DNA of 64,000 nucleotides from Tubulanus polymorphus (taxonomy: Eukaryota > Animalia > Nemertea): the NCBI RefSeq assembly GCF_964204645.1, contig NC_134034.1, forward strand, positions 10,676,962 to 10,740,961, written 5' to 3'. The notes below the pieces were generated by a model. That model was not told the origin of the DNA. It saw nothing but the letters and a program-made list of their open reading frames with translations, and searched no databases. Position numbers and translations under genes: made by a program. Of the stretch, positions 21,439 through 32,647 are shown one piece after another (the stretch's first letter is position 1; each line of letters starts with the position of its first letter).

Positions 21439-24400
21439 CTGAAATTAGATTCTTTGACTTGAATACGAATTTGAAAAGTGACAAATTCAATCTCAAGGGG
21501 GACAGGAAAGTATTTTCAGAGACAGTTGCTGACAATCAGGGATGGTTGACAGCTCTGTGTGCGTCAGGGGGGACAGGAAATATTTTTCAGAGACTGTTGC
21601 TGACAATCAGAGATGGTTGACAGCTCTGTGTGTGTCAGGGGGGACAGGAAATATTTTTCAGAGACTGTTGCTGACAATCAGAGATGGTTGACAGCTCTGT
21701 GTGTGTCAGGAGGGGGACAGGAAAGTATTTTCAGAGACTGTTGCTGATAATCAGGGATGGTTGACAGTTCTTTGTGCGTCAGGGGGGACAGTACTAGTAC
21801 ATCAGAGACTGTTGCTGATAATCAGGGATGGTTGACAGCTCTGTGTGCGTCAGGGGGGACAGTAAACTATTTTCAGAGACTGTTGCTGACAATCAGGGAT
21901 GATTGACAGCTCTGCATGCGTCAGGGGGGACAGTTAAGTATTTTCAGAGACTGTTGCTGACAATCAGGGATGGTTGACAGCTCTGTGTGCGTCAGGGGGG
22001 ACAGGAAATATTTTTCAGAGACTGTTGCTGACAATCAGAGATGGTTGACAGCTCTGTGTGTGTCAGGAGGGGGACAGGAAAGTATTTTCAGAGACTGTTG
22101 CTGATAATCAGGGATGGTTGACAGTTCTTTGTGCGTCAGGGGGGACAGTACTAGTACATCAGAGACTGTTGCTGATAATCAGGGATGGTTGACAGTTCTT
22201 TGTGCGTCAGGGGGGACAGTACTAGTACATCAGAGACTGTTGCTGACTATTAGGGATGGTTGACAGCTCTTTGTGCGTCAGGGGGTACAGTTCAGTATTT
22301 TTAGAGACTGTTGCTGACAATCAGGGATGGTTGACAGCTCTGTGTGCGTCAAGGAGGACAGTTTAACTACATTCTATTTACCTGTTGGCTGCTGTCTTGG
22401 GAATTTGTTTGTTGGCCGATGACGAGATCTTTGCGGAAGGCGTAAAAATCGGCAGTTTCTTGACAAAACGAATCGAAGCATTCTCGCTCATGTTCCCAAT
22501 CGACCTTGAATACATTTCATGCAGAAAATCACATTTTCTAGTCCAAAAACGAAAACATTCATCCCGGTATTTCAATAATATCCCGATGGAAAAACGATGT
22601 AAACCCCATAAAGGTTGTGGGCTACGTTTACCCTTTGAAGGGCTTAACAAACCCCATATTTCAAAGTTCGAGGTAAAGTTTGACTGTTATTGAGACTCGG
22701 GGCGCCACTTTCTGCCCATATAGAAATTCCCGAGTTTTTCCCAAAATTTCCACATAATCACACTTAAGTGATTAAAAGCAACCATCTGGAATCGGTTACC
22801 AGCAGATATCAGGACCCAGTTTCACAGTTGTGAGTTAGAGTTAACTCTGCGTTCAAGTTAGTTCGTTTTCAATGATTTAACTCAAGAGTCAAATCTTAAC
22901 CCGGAACTGTGGAACTGGGTCCTGATCAGTTGATGACATCATCTAATTTAAAAGCATAGTTAAAGCATTATTATTCCGTAGAGCGTTTTGAGAGACAGCG
23001 CAGTGAGCGAAGATTTTTGGAATAGCGCTATATAAGAACTTATTATCATTATCATTATTATCATTATGTATGTATTAAAATGAAACTATGTACCAAATAG
23101 CGTCGCCGTGGACAAGAATATGGACTTGAAATTTTGTGTGGTAGTCAATCATTGCATAAACTAATGCAACGGGTATAAACGGGTGTGAAAATGGTTTCCA
23201 AGGGTATTACTCTAGTTACTATTATTATTATTATTATTATTATTGAAAGTCCCTCTTTAAAAAAATTCTAGAAATCTTAACCGGAAACACTTGAAAGCGT
23301 TGAAGGGGTTGATTCGTTTCGGATCTTACCTCCGACGCCATCCTCAAAATGTACATCGGGAGCCCTTCTAACTGCGGCACGTAGTTATCCAACAGCAGCG
23401 GGATCGTTAGAATATTCCCGTCCTGAAAATAAACGCGCCCGAAAATGATGAGAATCGCGAGAGTCACCCGAAGGTCGGAAAGCCGTGCGCGAGTGAATAT
23501 CGTCACCTTGTCGATTTCCAGGGAAAAATAGTCTTGCAACATCTCGGATTTCGATTTCAACAACTGTACGATGTATTTGATGAGATCCTCTTTCGGCCCG
23601 TCTGCCGGAGTCCAGCCGCTCTCGTCCGAGTCGAGCGCTAATCTGGCTAACTCGTCGGTTTCAAAGACGAAATTAAATTAATCAGTGTTAAACCAGTTTT
23701 TACGAAAACTGGAGTCAAATTAAACCCGCGAAAAAGGAAACTTGGTCCAGAGTCAAATTGAACCCACAAATCTGTGAAAATGGGTCCAGAATCAGATTTA
23801 ACCCACAACTGTGGAACTGGAGTCAAATTAAACCCACACAACTGAAGAACTGGGCTCAGAGTCAAATGGACCCACACAACTGTGGAACTGAGCCCAGAAA
23901 TGCAACAATCAAAATTTCCAAGCTATCCTCTTTCAAAATTAAGAACATATCAGCTGCATGAGACAGTCACAAAGTGGAATGAGGATTTCCAACAATATAT
24001 ACACACGGTACTTACCGACAATCGAAGGACTCCGAAATTCCCGAATTGCATCAACAAGATCTGATAGAAAAGTTCTTTACTACGAATGAAAGAGGTGAAT
24101 ATATCAGTAAGAAATGAAACAGTAAATTTGGCTTGCGACGTACGCAGAAACCACTTGCGAACCTGGAACCAAAATCAACTTAAACCCACACAACTGTGGA
24201 ACTGAGTTCAGAGTCAAATTAAACCCATACAACTGTGGAACTGGATCCAGAGTCAAATTAAACCCACACAACTGTGGAGCTGGATCCAGAGTCAAATTAT
24301 ACCCACACAACTGTGGAGCTGGATCGGGAGTCAAATTGGACCCACACAACTGTGGAACTGAGTTCAGAGTAAAATTAAACCCACACAACTGTGGAACTGG

Positions 24401-27400
24401 ATTCAGAGCCAAATTAAACCCACAAAACTGTAGAACTGGATCCAGAGTGAAATTTAACCATACAACTGTGGAACTGGGTTCAGAGTCAAATTAAACCCAC
24501 ACAACTGTGGAACTGGATCCAGAGTCAAATTAAACCCACAAAACTGTAGAACTGGATCCAGAGTGAAATTTAACCATACAACTGTGGAACTGGATCCAGA
24601 GTCAAATAAAACCCACAAAACTGGGGGACTGAGTTCAGAGTAAAATTAGTCAAATTAAACCCTACTCTATCGTTCAACTAGGTCGAGGATCTCACCTTAA
24701 TCGTGTAAGATTAGCTAAGTATAATTTGGTTTGGTGTTGAATCAGTGCGTATTGTTTATTGACACAGCCGACGAATGTGTGCTTCTGAAAAATGTCCCTC
24801 AATTCTAAAAACGAAATTCAAAACAAAAATGGTCGCAAAACTTATTACGATTCTTGCCTTAAAGTGAACAAATCTTAAGAATACGGAATTCTTTCGAACT
24901 TTCACATTCTCGAGCGCCTGATTTACACAGTACCTGCGTGCGCTTCGTCGTGGACCTTATTTTTCAGCGCTTTCACACTAGTCAGTCTGACGTCTCGAAC
25001 TAGCTGATTCGCGGCGGGCTCACTCGTCGATGACGTGGATGTACTTGACAAGGAAAAAATAATAACGATATTAATTTCTTTACGATCTTAAAAACGTTGC
25101 GCTGTTTTCCCGAGTACCGACCAGCCTCTCAAGAATTCAGCAAAACTCATCGAAAAATCAAAGTAACTTGCAAAATTATGCTTATCTTAATTTTCAATAT
25201 CGTAACTCGCAAAAAAAAAGTTAGTTTTTTTCATTTCTCCCATAATTTCAGTCAAAATCATTATAATTCTCGCTACTTTTTTTTATTTTTTTCTCCCATA
25301 ATTTGAGTCAAATATATCACAATTTTCACTCTTTTTTAGAATTCTTTTCTGCTTTCCTTCCAAGGTTTCATGCGGAAAGTACTCAAATAATGAAATAAAT
25401 CGTATTTAGCATTCTAAGACCTAAGTCAAATTTTGCCCGCTCTTAATTAGAGAGTGCATTCACATGTAAATCACTCACTCATTCCTCAAAACATTAAAAT
25501 CAATTAATTTTTCACGAATCATGTATTGGTAAAGAAACGTGTCGTAAAAAGCGAATCCGAATTCCCTGAATTTCCCAGGTTTTCCTGGTTATTTTTTCAA
25601 ACCTCGATGCTGCCACATTTCAATAAAGATTATGACTAAATAATACGCGGCTATAAAAGGGTAGACTTTGAAAAAAGCAGGACCCAATTCCAAAGTTGTG
25701 AGTTGAGATTTGACTATCAACTCAAAACCGTCGAACCGGATCCTGAAATGCTGAATTAATTTCATCAAAAGGGCGTTATTATCACTTTGGAGTTAAAAAT
25801 TAATTCAATCGTCGTAGTTTACCTCGGTTGTGGATCGTGTTTCGATGTTGTCGCGATGTCGGCTGCAACCTCGGGTTCGTCGCGCGTAGGCGATTTAGCG
25901 GCCGAGAAAAAGGCATCGAGTTTCCGGGCGCGGCTGTCGGTACGTACCATCTGATGGGCGTATGTTTTAACGCCGGCGTCACCTGGAAAAAAGACGCCAA
26001 AGAATTCTTGAAACCTCGCGACCGTTCTGAACTTATTTACCGTAATGTGTAACACAACTATTGAGCATCGAGTTTAAGTTAAAACTGGTCGATAAAACCA
26101 CGCTCTCGAGTCAGGGTGACCATTTTCATTTAACCCTTTCAGTGCATCTACACCGCAGTGCGGTGTATTAATCGGTAATGGATTGTGCTATTACACCGCA
26201 CCTATTGGTTTAAAAAGTTTTTCTCTCTATTGAAAGATGGCAGCACCTGTCAAACGTAAGCCGCGATCACATGAGCATTTTTGGCTGCAGTATATCGTTG
26301 TAATTAGTAATTAGTTTTTATCTCTAATGAAAGATGGCAGCACCTGTCTAACAGTGAAATATTAGTGACTAACAATAGACACCGCACCGTGGTGTAGACG
26401 CACTATAGTGATATCCCATTATTCAATACACTAGGGTGGAATTTTTCAAAATTTAAAAGTTATCTCCAGGGCCCAGTTTCACGAAAAAGTTTTAGCCTAA
26501 AACGGTTAAATTTGAATTGTTGTCCTCATTGAAAACATGAAGTAACCAACAGCAATTAAACCAAAAATGTGAGTTAAAACTTTTTATGTGAAACTGGGGG
26601 CCCATTAATTAGTCAGGACTGAAAGGGCTAAGCGATTTTCACGCGATTTCTCAGTCGCGCTAAAATTGCGCCGCAAAAAATTGCCCGTCTGAGCTTTAAC
26701 TCGCTTTTCCGTCGACTTCTTCCCGACCGGCTCGTGAAACTAGGTCGTAGCCGCGACCACTAACCTCGATTAGCCGACGTCGTTTTATCGTTCGTCGGCG
26801 CGACGTCGACCGATGACGACGTCGCCGCGTTGTTGCCCGGTAACAACGCCTGCACGAAGAACGTGCGCGACTCGTTGGCGCCGAGCAGACGCGCGTCGAT
26901 CGTCTGCTGAATCGATTCGACGATCGCGTCCTCGTGCAGGAAATGGACCTCGTGTTTCGTCGGGTGCACGTTCACGTCGATGTTCGCAGGCGAGATTTCA
27001 ATACTGCAAAAACAAACAAAATACGCCATCAGAAAACTTTTTTCAATTTCGACCCCATTTCTCAGTTATGAGGCCATTTTCAAGGTCAACCTCTACGGGG
27101 TTGAAATCAATCTATAGTTATCTATTTTTCATTTAAAGCTAACAATGAAATGAAAAATATGAATTCGTCTAAAATGAACTAGATGTGGATTGAGTTGTTC
27201 TGTTGACGGGCGCGCCATCTGGTGGAATAGACAGAACAGCACAAGGGCCCTCATCGGAGTCAGCATTCTATTGCATTTGTCTAATGAATGATTGTTCTCA
27301 TTAGAATTTTCTAGTGTTTTATTTGAATGGATATCTCTATGCATGGATAGTCCGAATTAGTTACTATGTTATATCTGTTCGTTTAATTGAACACAAGTTT

Positions 27401-30280
27401 ATTTTGTATCTGTAAATTTTGTGTTGTCCCTCTAACACGTGTAATGGGTTTGAGTGTAAATAAAATAAGGTTTAGAGGATCGAAGCACTAACGGATCCCC
27501 CCCCCCCCCGGTTCAACCAAAATTCAAATCCCCCGGTACAACCAAATTTGAATCCCCCGGTACAACCGAATTCGTATCCCCCAGTTCAACCGAATTCGAA
27601 TCCCCCCGGTTCAACCGAATTCGAATCCCCCAGTTCAACCGAATTTGCGCGACGACGAATTAAGCTTACGTCGAAAAAACCGTGAAACCGCGCAACAAGT
27701 CGACGAAACTGAATTCGAAATTTTGAAACGCTACACCAGCTATCCGGTTTGGCTTTTCAACGGAGTTCGTTAACTTCGCTAATACCCGTGTTAAAGGAAA
27801 TCGCTAACAAAGACCGCGTTCATTATCGGATGGGAATATTTTCGAGCCGAAACCCGATTCAAGCCTATTAAGCTTTTAGGAATATAACGTTACTACTCAT
27901 TGATTTCACCGGCGCGCGATGCGAATTTCAAAGCGATTTTAAACCGGCGCGAGCATTTAACACTCGCGCTAGCTCACGATATACGGTTACCTCAGGTATA
28001 TAAAAGGATGCATCCCTTTGGGAAGGTACGCCTGGTAAACGGTATCAATGGCTTTACGTAGCGACGACGAGTCCACAAGACGATCTGAAAGAGAATGTGA
28101 GAAAGATAGAGAGGAGAGAAAGGGCAGAAGAGGGAGAGATGGAGGGAGAGAGAGGGAGCGAGGGAGAGGGGAAAGAGAAGAGGCGATGGAGAGGGAGGGA
28201 CAGAGGGAGGGAGAGACAGAGGGAGGGAGAGACAGAGGGAGGGAGGGAGGGACAGAGGGAGGGAGGGAGGGAGGGACAGAGGGAGGGGGGACAGAGGGAG
28301 GGAGGGAGAGGGGAAAGAGAAGAGGCCATGAAGAGAGGGAGGGACAGAGGGAGGGACAGAGGGAGGGAGGGACAGAGGGAGGGAGGGACAGAGGGAGAGA
28401 GGGAGGGACAGAGGGAGGGAAGGAGGGACAGAGGGAGGGACAGAGGGAACAGAGGGAGGGAAGACAGAGGGAGGGAGGGACAGAGGGAGGGAGGGAGGGA
28501 AGACAGAGGGAGGGACAGAGGGAGGGATTCTTGGTCTAGTGTGGCAGGGTTTCCTACCGTGGCGAATCCCAATGCCATCAGGTTCAAATCCATAATACCT
28601 AGTAACTAAAATTCAATCAAAGCTATATTTTACTACTCTTCAAAATTTGATATTCAAAATGCTTTTTATATTCTAGAGTTTTCTAGCGGGTATTTTACGT
28701 CAGTATGCATCGGAAAGCTAACGGGGAAAAGGGGAGACGGGGAAAGAGGGGGAGAGGGGAGGATATTTGAAGTGTCTCGTATAGCGTATCGTTGACTAAA
28801 TGACGACGGTATCTCGTGACAGTTTCAAGCGGTGATGTAGTGACTTTTAACTCGCGACGCGCGGCGCACGCCGTATAAATGGAAACCTACTAATGTTCGT
28901 TTCCGAGGTAATCGGACACGTTCGGTAATAATACTCATTGTCGATCAAGACCTGATTGAAAATGCACGGTTAGCGGCAGACGGATATTAAATACCTTCGC
29001 CGCCGCCACTGCCAAGGTCAAGTTTCATTCAATATTCATAAAAAAAATAAATATTCATATAAAACAGTTGAATTTATACGGGTCAGTATAGAAACATCGG
29101 GATCCAGTTCTAAGCTTAACCCTTTCAGTGCGTCTACACCGCAGTGCGGTGTATAAATCAGTGATAGATTTTGCTAGTACACCGCAATGTTGTGTATTGA
29201 TGTAATTAGTAATTATCTCTCTTGAAAAAAGGCAGCACTTGTCAAACATAGTGAAATACTAGTAACTAACGATACACTGCGCCGCGGTGTAGACGCACTA
29301 TAGTGGTATTCCTGTTATTCAACACACTAGGATGGAATTGCTTAAAATTTTCAAATTATCTCCAGCACTATAGGGTATCAATTAGTCAGCAATGAAAGGG
29401 TTAAGACATTAACAAGTACATTTTTGAGATATATCTTAACTCGGAAATGGAAAACAAGTTACAAGTTACAAGTTAGTTTATTCATCATCATCAAATGACA
29501 TGATCGTCGTTGAACACCGAAACAGTATAGACATATATACAATACCAGAACTAGAAAAAGTGCATGGGACAAGCACCGTACTGTATTTGACAGTTGATTG
29601 ACAATATGGAGAGGGACAAGCAAGCTTTAACCCTTTCAGTGCTGACTAATTAATACCCTATAGTGCTGGAGATAATTTGAAAATTCTGAAAAATTCCACC
29701 CTAGTGTGTTGAATAAGGGGAATAGCACTATAGTGCGTCTACACCGCGGCGCGGTGTATCGTTAGTTATTATTATTTTACTATGTTTGAGATAATTATCA
29801 ATTACTAATTAAATAAATACACCGCAATGCGGTGTACGAGCAAAATCCATCACAGATTTATACACCGCACTGCGGTGTAGACTCACTGAAAGGGTTAAAG
29901 CTTCGTACACAGCTACAAGTGCTAAGGTGAGGTGCCCCTGGTATCCAATCAAGTCCCCAGGTCTGAGTGCGCCTATTCTATTGGGTATTATCTGAAAACA
30001 GTTCAACGTTTAGTAGTCGTATCTACTTAAGTTCGAAATCCGGAAAAATGTCGTCGACCACCACACGACGATGACGACTGTGAAACGCGTTCCACGAGAA
30101 CGTAATTTCGAAAGGATTACAATTCATAAACAATGCACGTAGATGTAAATTCGGACGAATTACTTACGATTTATAAACAGCAGAAATACGGATTTCTTTA
30201 CGCCGTAGTTAGCGTTAGTGACGTTACCGGAAACCGTATAACCGATCTTCTCATCAGTGCGATTTACGTCTAACAGCTCT
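21271..30280 (-). CDS. MLH1: DNA mismatch repair protein MLH1, 3' part only (equivalent of human exons 9-19); possibly a truncated copy
   Basis: [62 protein letters not shown]; exon sizes 113, 94, 109, 64, 93 and 168 nt match human MLH1 exons as I recall them. Confidence 0.93.
21494..22366. repeat. About 71-bp minisatellite
   Basis: caggggggacagtaaactattttcagagactgttgctgacaatcagggatggttgacagctctgtgtgcgt; also at 35950-36232. Confidence 0.92.
22382..22504 (-). CDS. MLH1: MLH1 exon 18 equivalent
   Basis: [23 protein letters not shown]. Confidence 0.92.
22775..23068 (+). mobile_element. 3' remnant of L2/CR1-group LINE interrupted by a family B MITE (22813-22921)
   Basis: WNRLPADI and [14 protein letters not shown]-like segments, gcgctatataa and (ATT)n tail. 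Confidence 0.6.
23330..23422 (-). CDS. MLH1: MLH1 exon 17 equivalent
   Basis: [31 protein letters not shown], 93 nt. Confidence 0.94.
23507..23650 (-). CDS. MLH1: MLH1 exon 16 equivalent (5' boundary uncertain)
   Basis: [23 protein letters not shown]...[13 protein letters not shown]; the nearest in-frame AG is a weak GAG. Confidence 0.75.
24016..24079 (-). CDS. MLH1: MLH1 exon 15 equivalent
   Basis: [21 protein letters not shown], 64 nt. Confidence 0.93.
24165..24660. repeat. 39-bp minisatellite
   Basis: Same unit as 30345-32033; smaller array at 23705-23897. Confidence 0.9.
24696..24804 (-). CDS. MLH1: MLH1 exon 14 equivalent
   Basis: [35 protein letters not shown], 109 nt. Confidence 0.94.
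24934..25043 (-). CDS. MLH1: MLH1 exon 13 equivalent
   Basis: ...[21 protein letters not shown]; phase 2-1. Confidence 0.85.
25823..25982 (-). CDS. MLH1: MLH1 linker exon
   Basis: [21 protein letters not shown] conserved linker motif. Confidence 0.92.
26134..26627. mobile_element. piggyBac-like MITE with nested palindromic MITE (about 26469-26603)
   Basis: TTAA|ccctttcagtgc...gactgaaaggg|CTAA. Confidence 0.75.
26765..27003 (-). CDS. MLH1: MLH1 exon 11 equivalent plus start of linker
   Basis: [25 protein letters not shown]...[14 protein letters not shown]. Confidence 0.94.
27991..28084 (-). CDS. MLH1: MLH1 exon 10 equivalent
   Basis: [30 protein letters not shown], 94 nt. Confidence 0.94.
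28096..28527. repeat. Polypurine (GGGA/GGGACAGA) tract
   Basis: Low complexity; similar tracts at 37770-37990, 39850-39940, 43940-44320, 57275-57950, 61720-62175. Confidence 0.9.
29120..29400. mobile_element. piggyBac-like MITE
   Basis: TTAA duplications; near-identical to 6250-6530. Confidence 0.88.
29631..29894. mobile_element. piggyBac-like MITE, opposite orientation
   Basis: TTAA|ccctttcagtg...cactgaaaggg|TTAA. Confidence 0.85.
30168..30280 (-). CDS. MLH1: MLH1 exon 9 equivalent
   Basis: [37 protein letters not shown], 113 nt. Confidence 0.93.
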
Positions 30281-30344
30281 CTGTAAAAATATCGAGAAAA
30301 CTGCGGTCAGTTTAGGATATACGAGCGGATATAGAACCCTTACC

Positions 30345-32033
30345 AAAACACACACAACTGTGGAACTGGATCCAGAGTCAAATTAAACCCACACAACTGT
30401 GAAACTGGATCCAGAGTCAAATTAAACCCACACAACTGTGAAACTGGATCCAGAGTCAAATTAAACCCACACAACTGTGAAACTGGATCCAGAGTCAAAT
30501 TAAACACACACAACTGTGAAACTGGATCCAGAGTCAAATTAAACACACACAACTGTGGAACTGGATCAAGAGCCAAATTAAACCCACACAACTGTGAAAC
30601 TGGATCCAGAGTCAAATTAAACACACACAACTGTGGAACTGGATCCACAGTCAAATTAAACCCACACAACTGTGAAACTGGATCCAGAGTCAAATTAAAC
30701 CCACACAACTGTGAAACTGGATCCAGAGTCAAATTAAACCCACACAACTGTGAAACTGGATCCAGAGTCAAATTAAACACACACAACTGTGGAACTGGAT
30801 CCACAGTCAAATTAAACCCACACAACTGTTAAACTGGGTTCATAGTCAAATCAAACCTTAACAACTGTGAAACTGGATCCAGAGTCAAATTAAACCCACA
30901 CAACTGTGAAACTGGATCCAGAGTCAAATTAAACACACACAACTGTGGAACTGGATCCACAGTCAAATTAAACCCACACAACTGTTAAACTGGGTTCATA
31001 GTCAAATCAAACCTTAACAACTGTGAAACTGGATCCAGAGTCAAATCAAACCCTAACAACTGTGGAACTGGATCCAGAGTCAAATCAAACCCTAACAACT
31101 GTGGAACTGGATCCAGAGTCAAATTAAACCCTAACAACTGTGGAACTGGGTTCAGAGTCAAATTAAACCCTAACAACTGTGGAACTGGATCCAGAGTTAT
31201 ATTAAACCCACATAACTGTGGAACTGAGTTCAGAATCAAATTAAACCCTAACAACTGTGGAACTGGATCCAGAGTTGTATTAAACCCACACAACTGTGGA
31301 ACTGGATCCAGAGTCAAATTAAACACACACAACTGTGAAACTGGATCCAGAGTCAAATTAAACACACACAACTGTGGAACTGGATCCAGAGTCAAATTAA
31401 ACCCACACAACTGTGAAACTGGATCCAGAGTCAAATTAAACCCACACAACTGTGAAACTGGATCCAGAGTCAAATTAAACACACACAACTGTGGAACTGG
31501 ATCCACAGTCAAATTAAACCCACACAACTGTTAAACTGGGTTCATAGTCAAATCAAACCTTAACAACTGTGAAAATGGATCCAGAGTCAAATTAAACCCA
31601 CACAACTGTGAAACTGGATCCAGAGTCAAATTAAACACACACAACTGTGGAACTGGATCCACAGTCAAATTAAACCCACACAACTGTTAAACTGGGTTCA
31701 TAGTCAAATCAAACCTTAACAACTGTGAAACTGGATCCAGAGTCAAATCAAACCCTAACAACTGTGGAACTGGATCCAGAGTCAAATCAAACCCTAACAA
31801 CTGTGGAACTGGATCCAGAGTCAAATTAAACCCTAACAACTGTGGAACTGGGTTCAGAGTCAAATTAAACCCTAACAATTGTGGAACTGGATCCAGAGTT
31901 ATATTAAACCCACATAACTGTGGAACTGGGTTCAGAATCAAATTAAACCCTAACAACTGTGGAACTGGATCCAGAGTTGTATTAAACCCACACAACTGTG
32001 GAACTGGACCAAGAGTTATATTAAACACGCACA
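30345..32033. repeat. 39-bp satellite, about 43 copies, with higher-order structure
   Basis: actgtggaactggatccagagtcaaattaaacccacaca. Confidence 0.95.
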
Positions 32034-32241
32034 ATGCAACCAGCTCATAGCGTAAAACTTATAACAATTACGCGGAAAGTTTTAATCCGATCCGAGCTCG
32101 TAATCCCTGATGACATTTTCAATAGAAAACATGAAAGGCAAAAACTGTAATTCTGCCAGACAGGAGAATAATGACACTTTTAGCGACTTAGACAAGTTAA
32201 CAACAACTGAACAGGGACGGAGCACACAGGGAAATAAGATC

Positions 32242-32326
32242 GCAGTTGAGGGATTGCCGACGCGTGGCGTTTTTTTCATTTTACTTTTCGAGTTTACGAT
32301 TACCGTTTACACTTTCCCCGGTGAGT
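32242..32326 (+). promoter_or_regulatory. Possible short non-coding first exon
   Basis: Inr-like GCAGTT at 32242; ccg|gtgagt donor at 32321. Confidence 0.3.
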
Positions 32327-32647
32327 GAGCGCCGCTGTTGTGTGTTACTATACCGACAACACGGGCAGGATTTAAAGTTTGTTTTTTTTATTTCAATTGT
32401 TCGTGAAGTGAACGCACGACGTGCAAAGGATGAAAAGAAGTTTGTGTCTAGTTTCGAATGCGCGCGAACAAGATAACCTGATACACGCCCGCGAACAAGA
32501 AAATTTGACGAAAACTTCAAAATCTCTTAAGAATTTAGGAATTATTATTATCAACCCATTTTCATAAAGCCCTCCCGCAAGACGGGTGCACCCATAAATA
32601 CTAATATAATACAACGTCGTAACTATGCATCACAAATGATTATTTGA

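Noticed and set aside
23655-24010. AT-AC (U12) intron plus microexon explaining the exon-16 gap
   Set aside because: An AC precedes c-gac-gag, but no ATATCC donor or EPAP-coding microexon is present upstream.
28048-28609. E/R/G-rich and S/L/P-rich ORFs (also 37706, 43818, 57217, 61604-62324) and YI-repeat ORFs
   Set aside because: Purine tracts and (TA)n microsatellites.
30340-32034. Long ORFs with [13 protein letters not shown] repeats, and a possible satellite-MLH1 fusion protein
   Set aside because: Translation of a 39-bp satellite; splicing at 30343 to exon 9 creates TG+A = stop in that frame.
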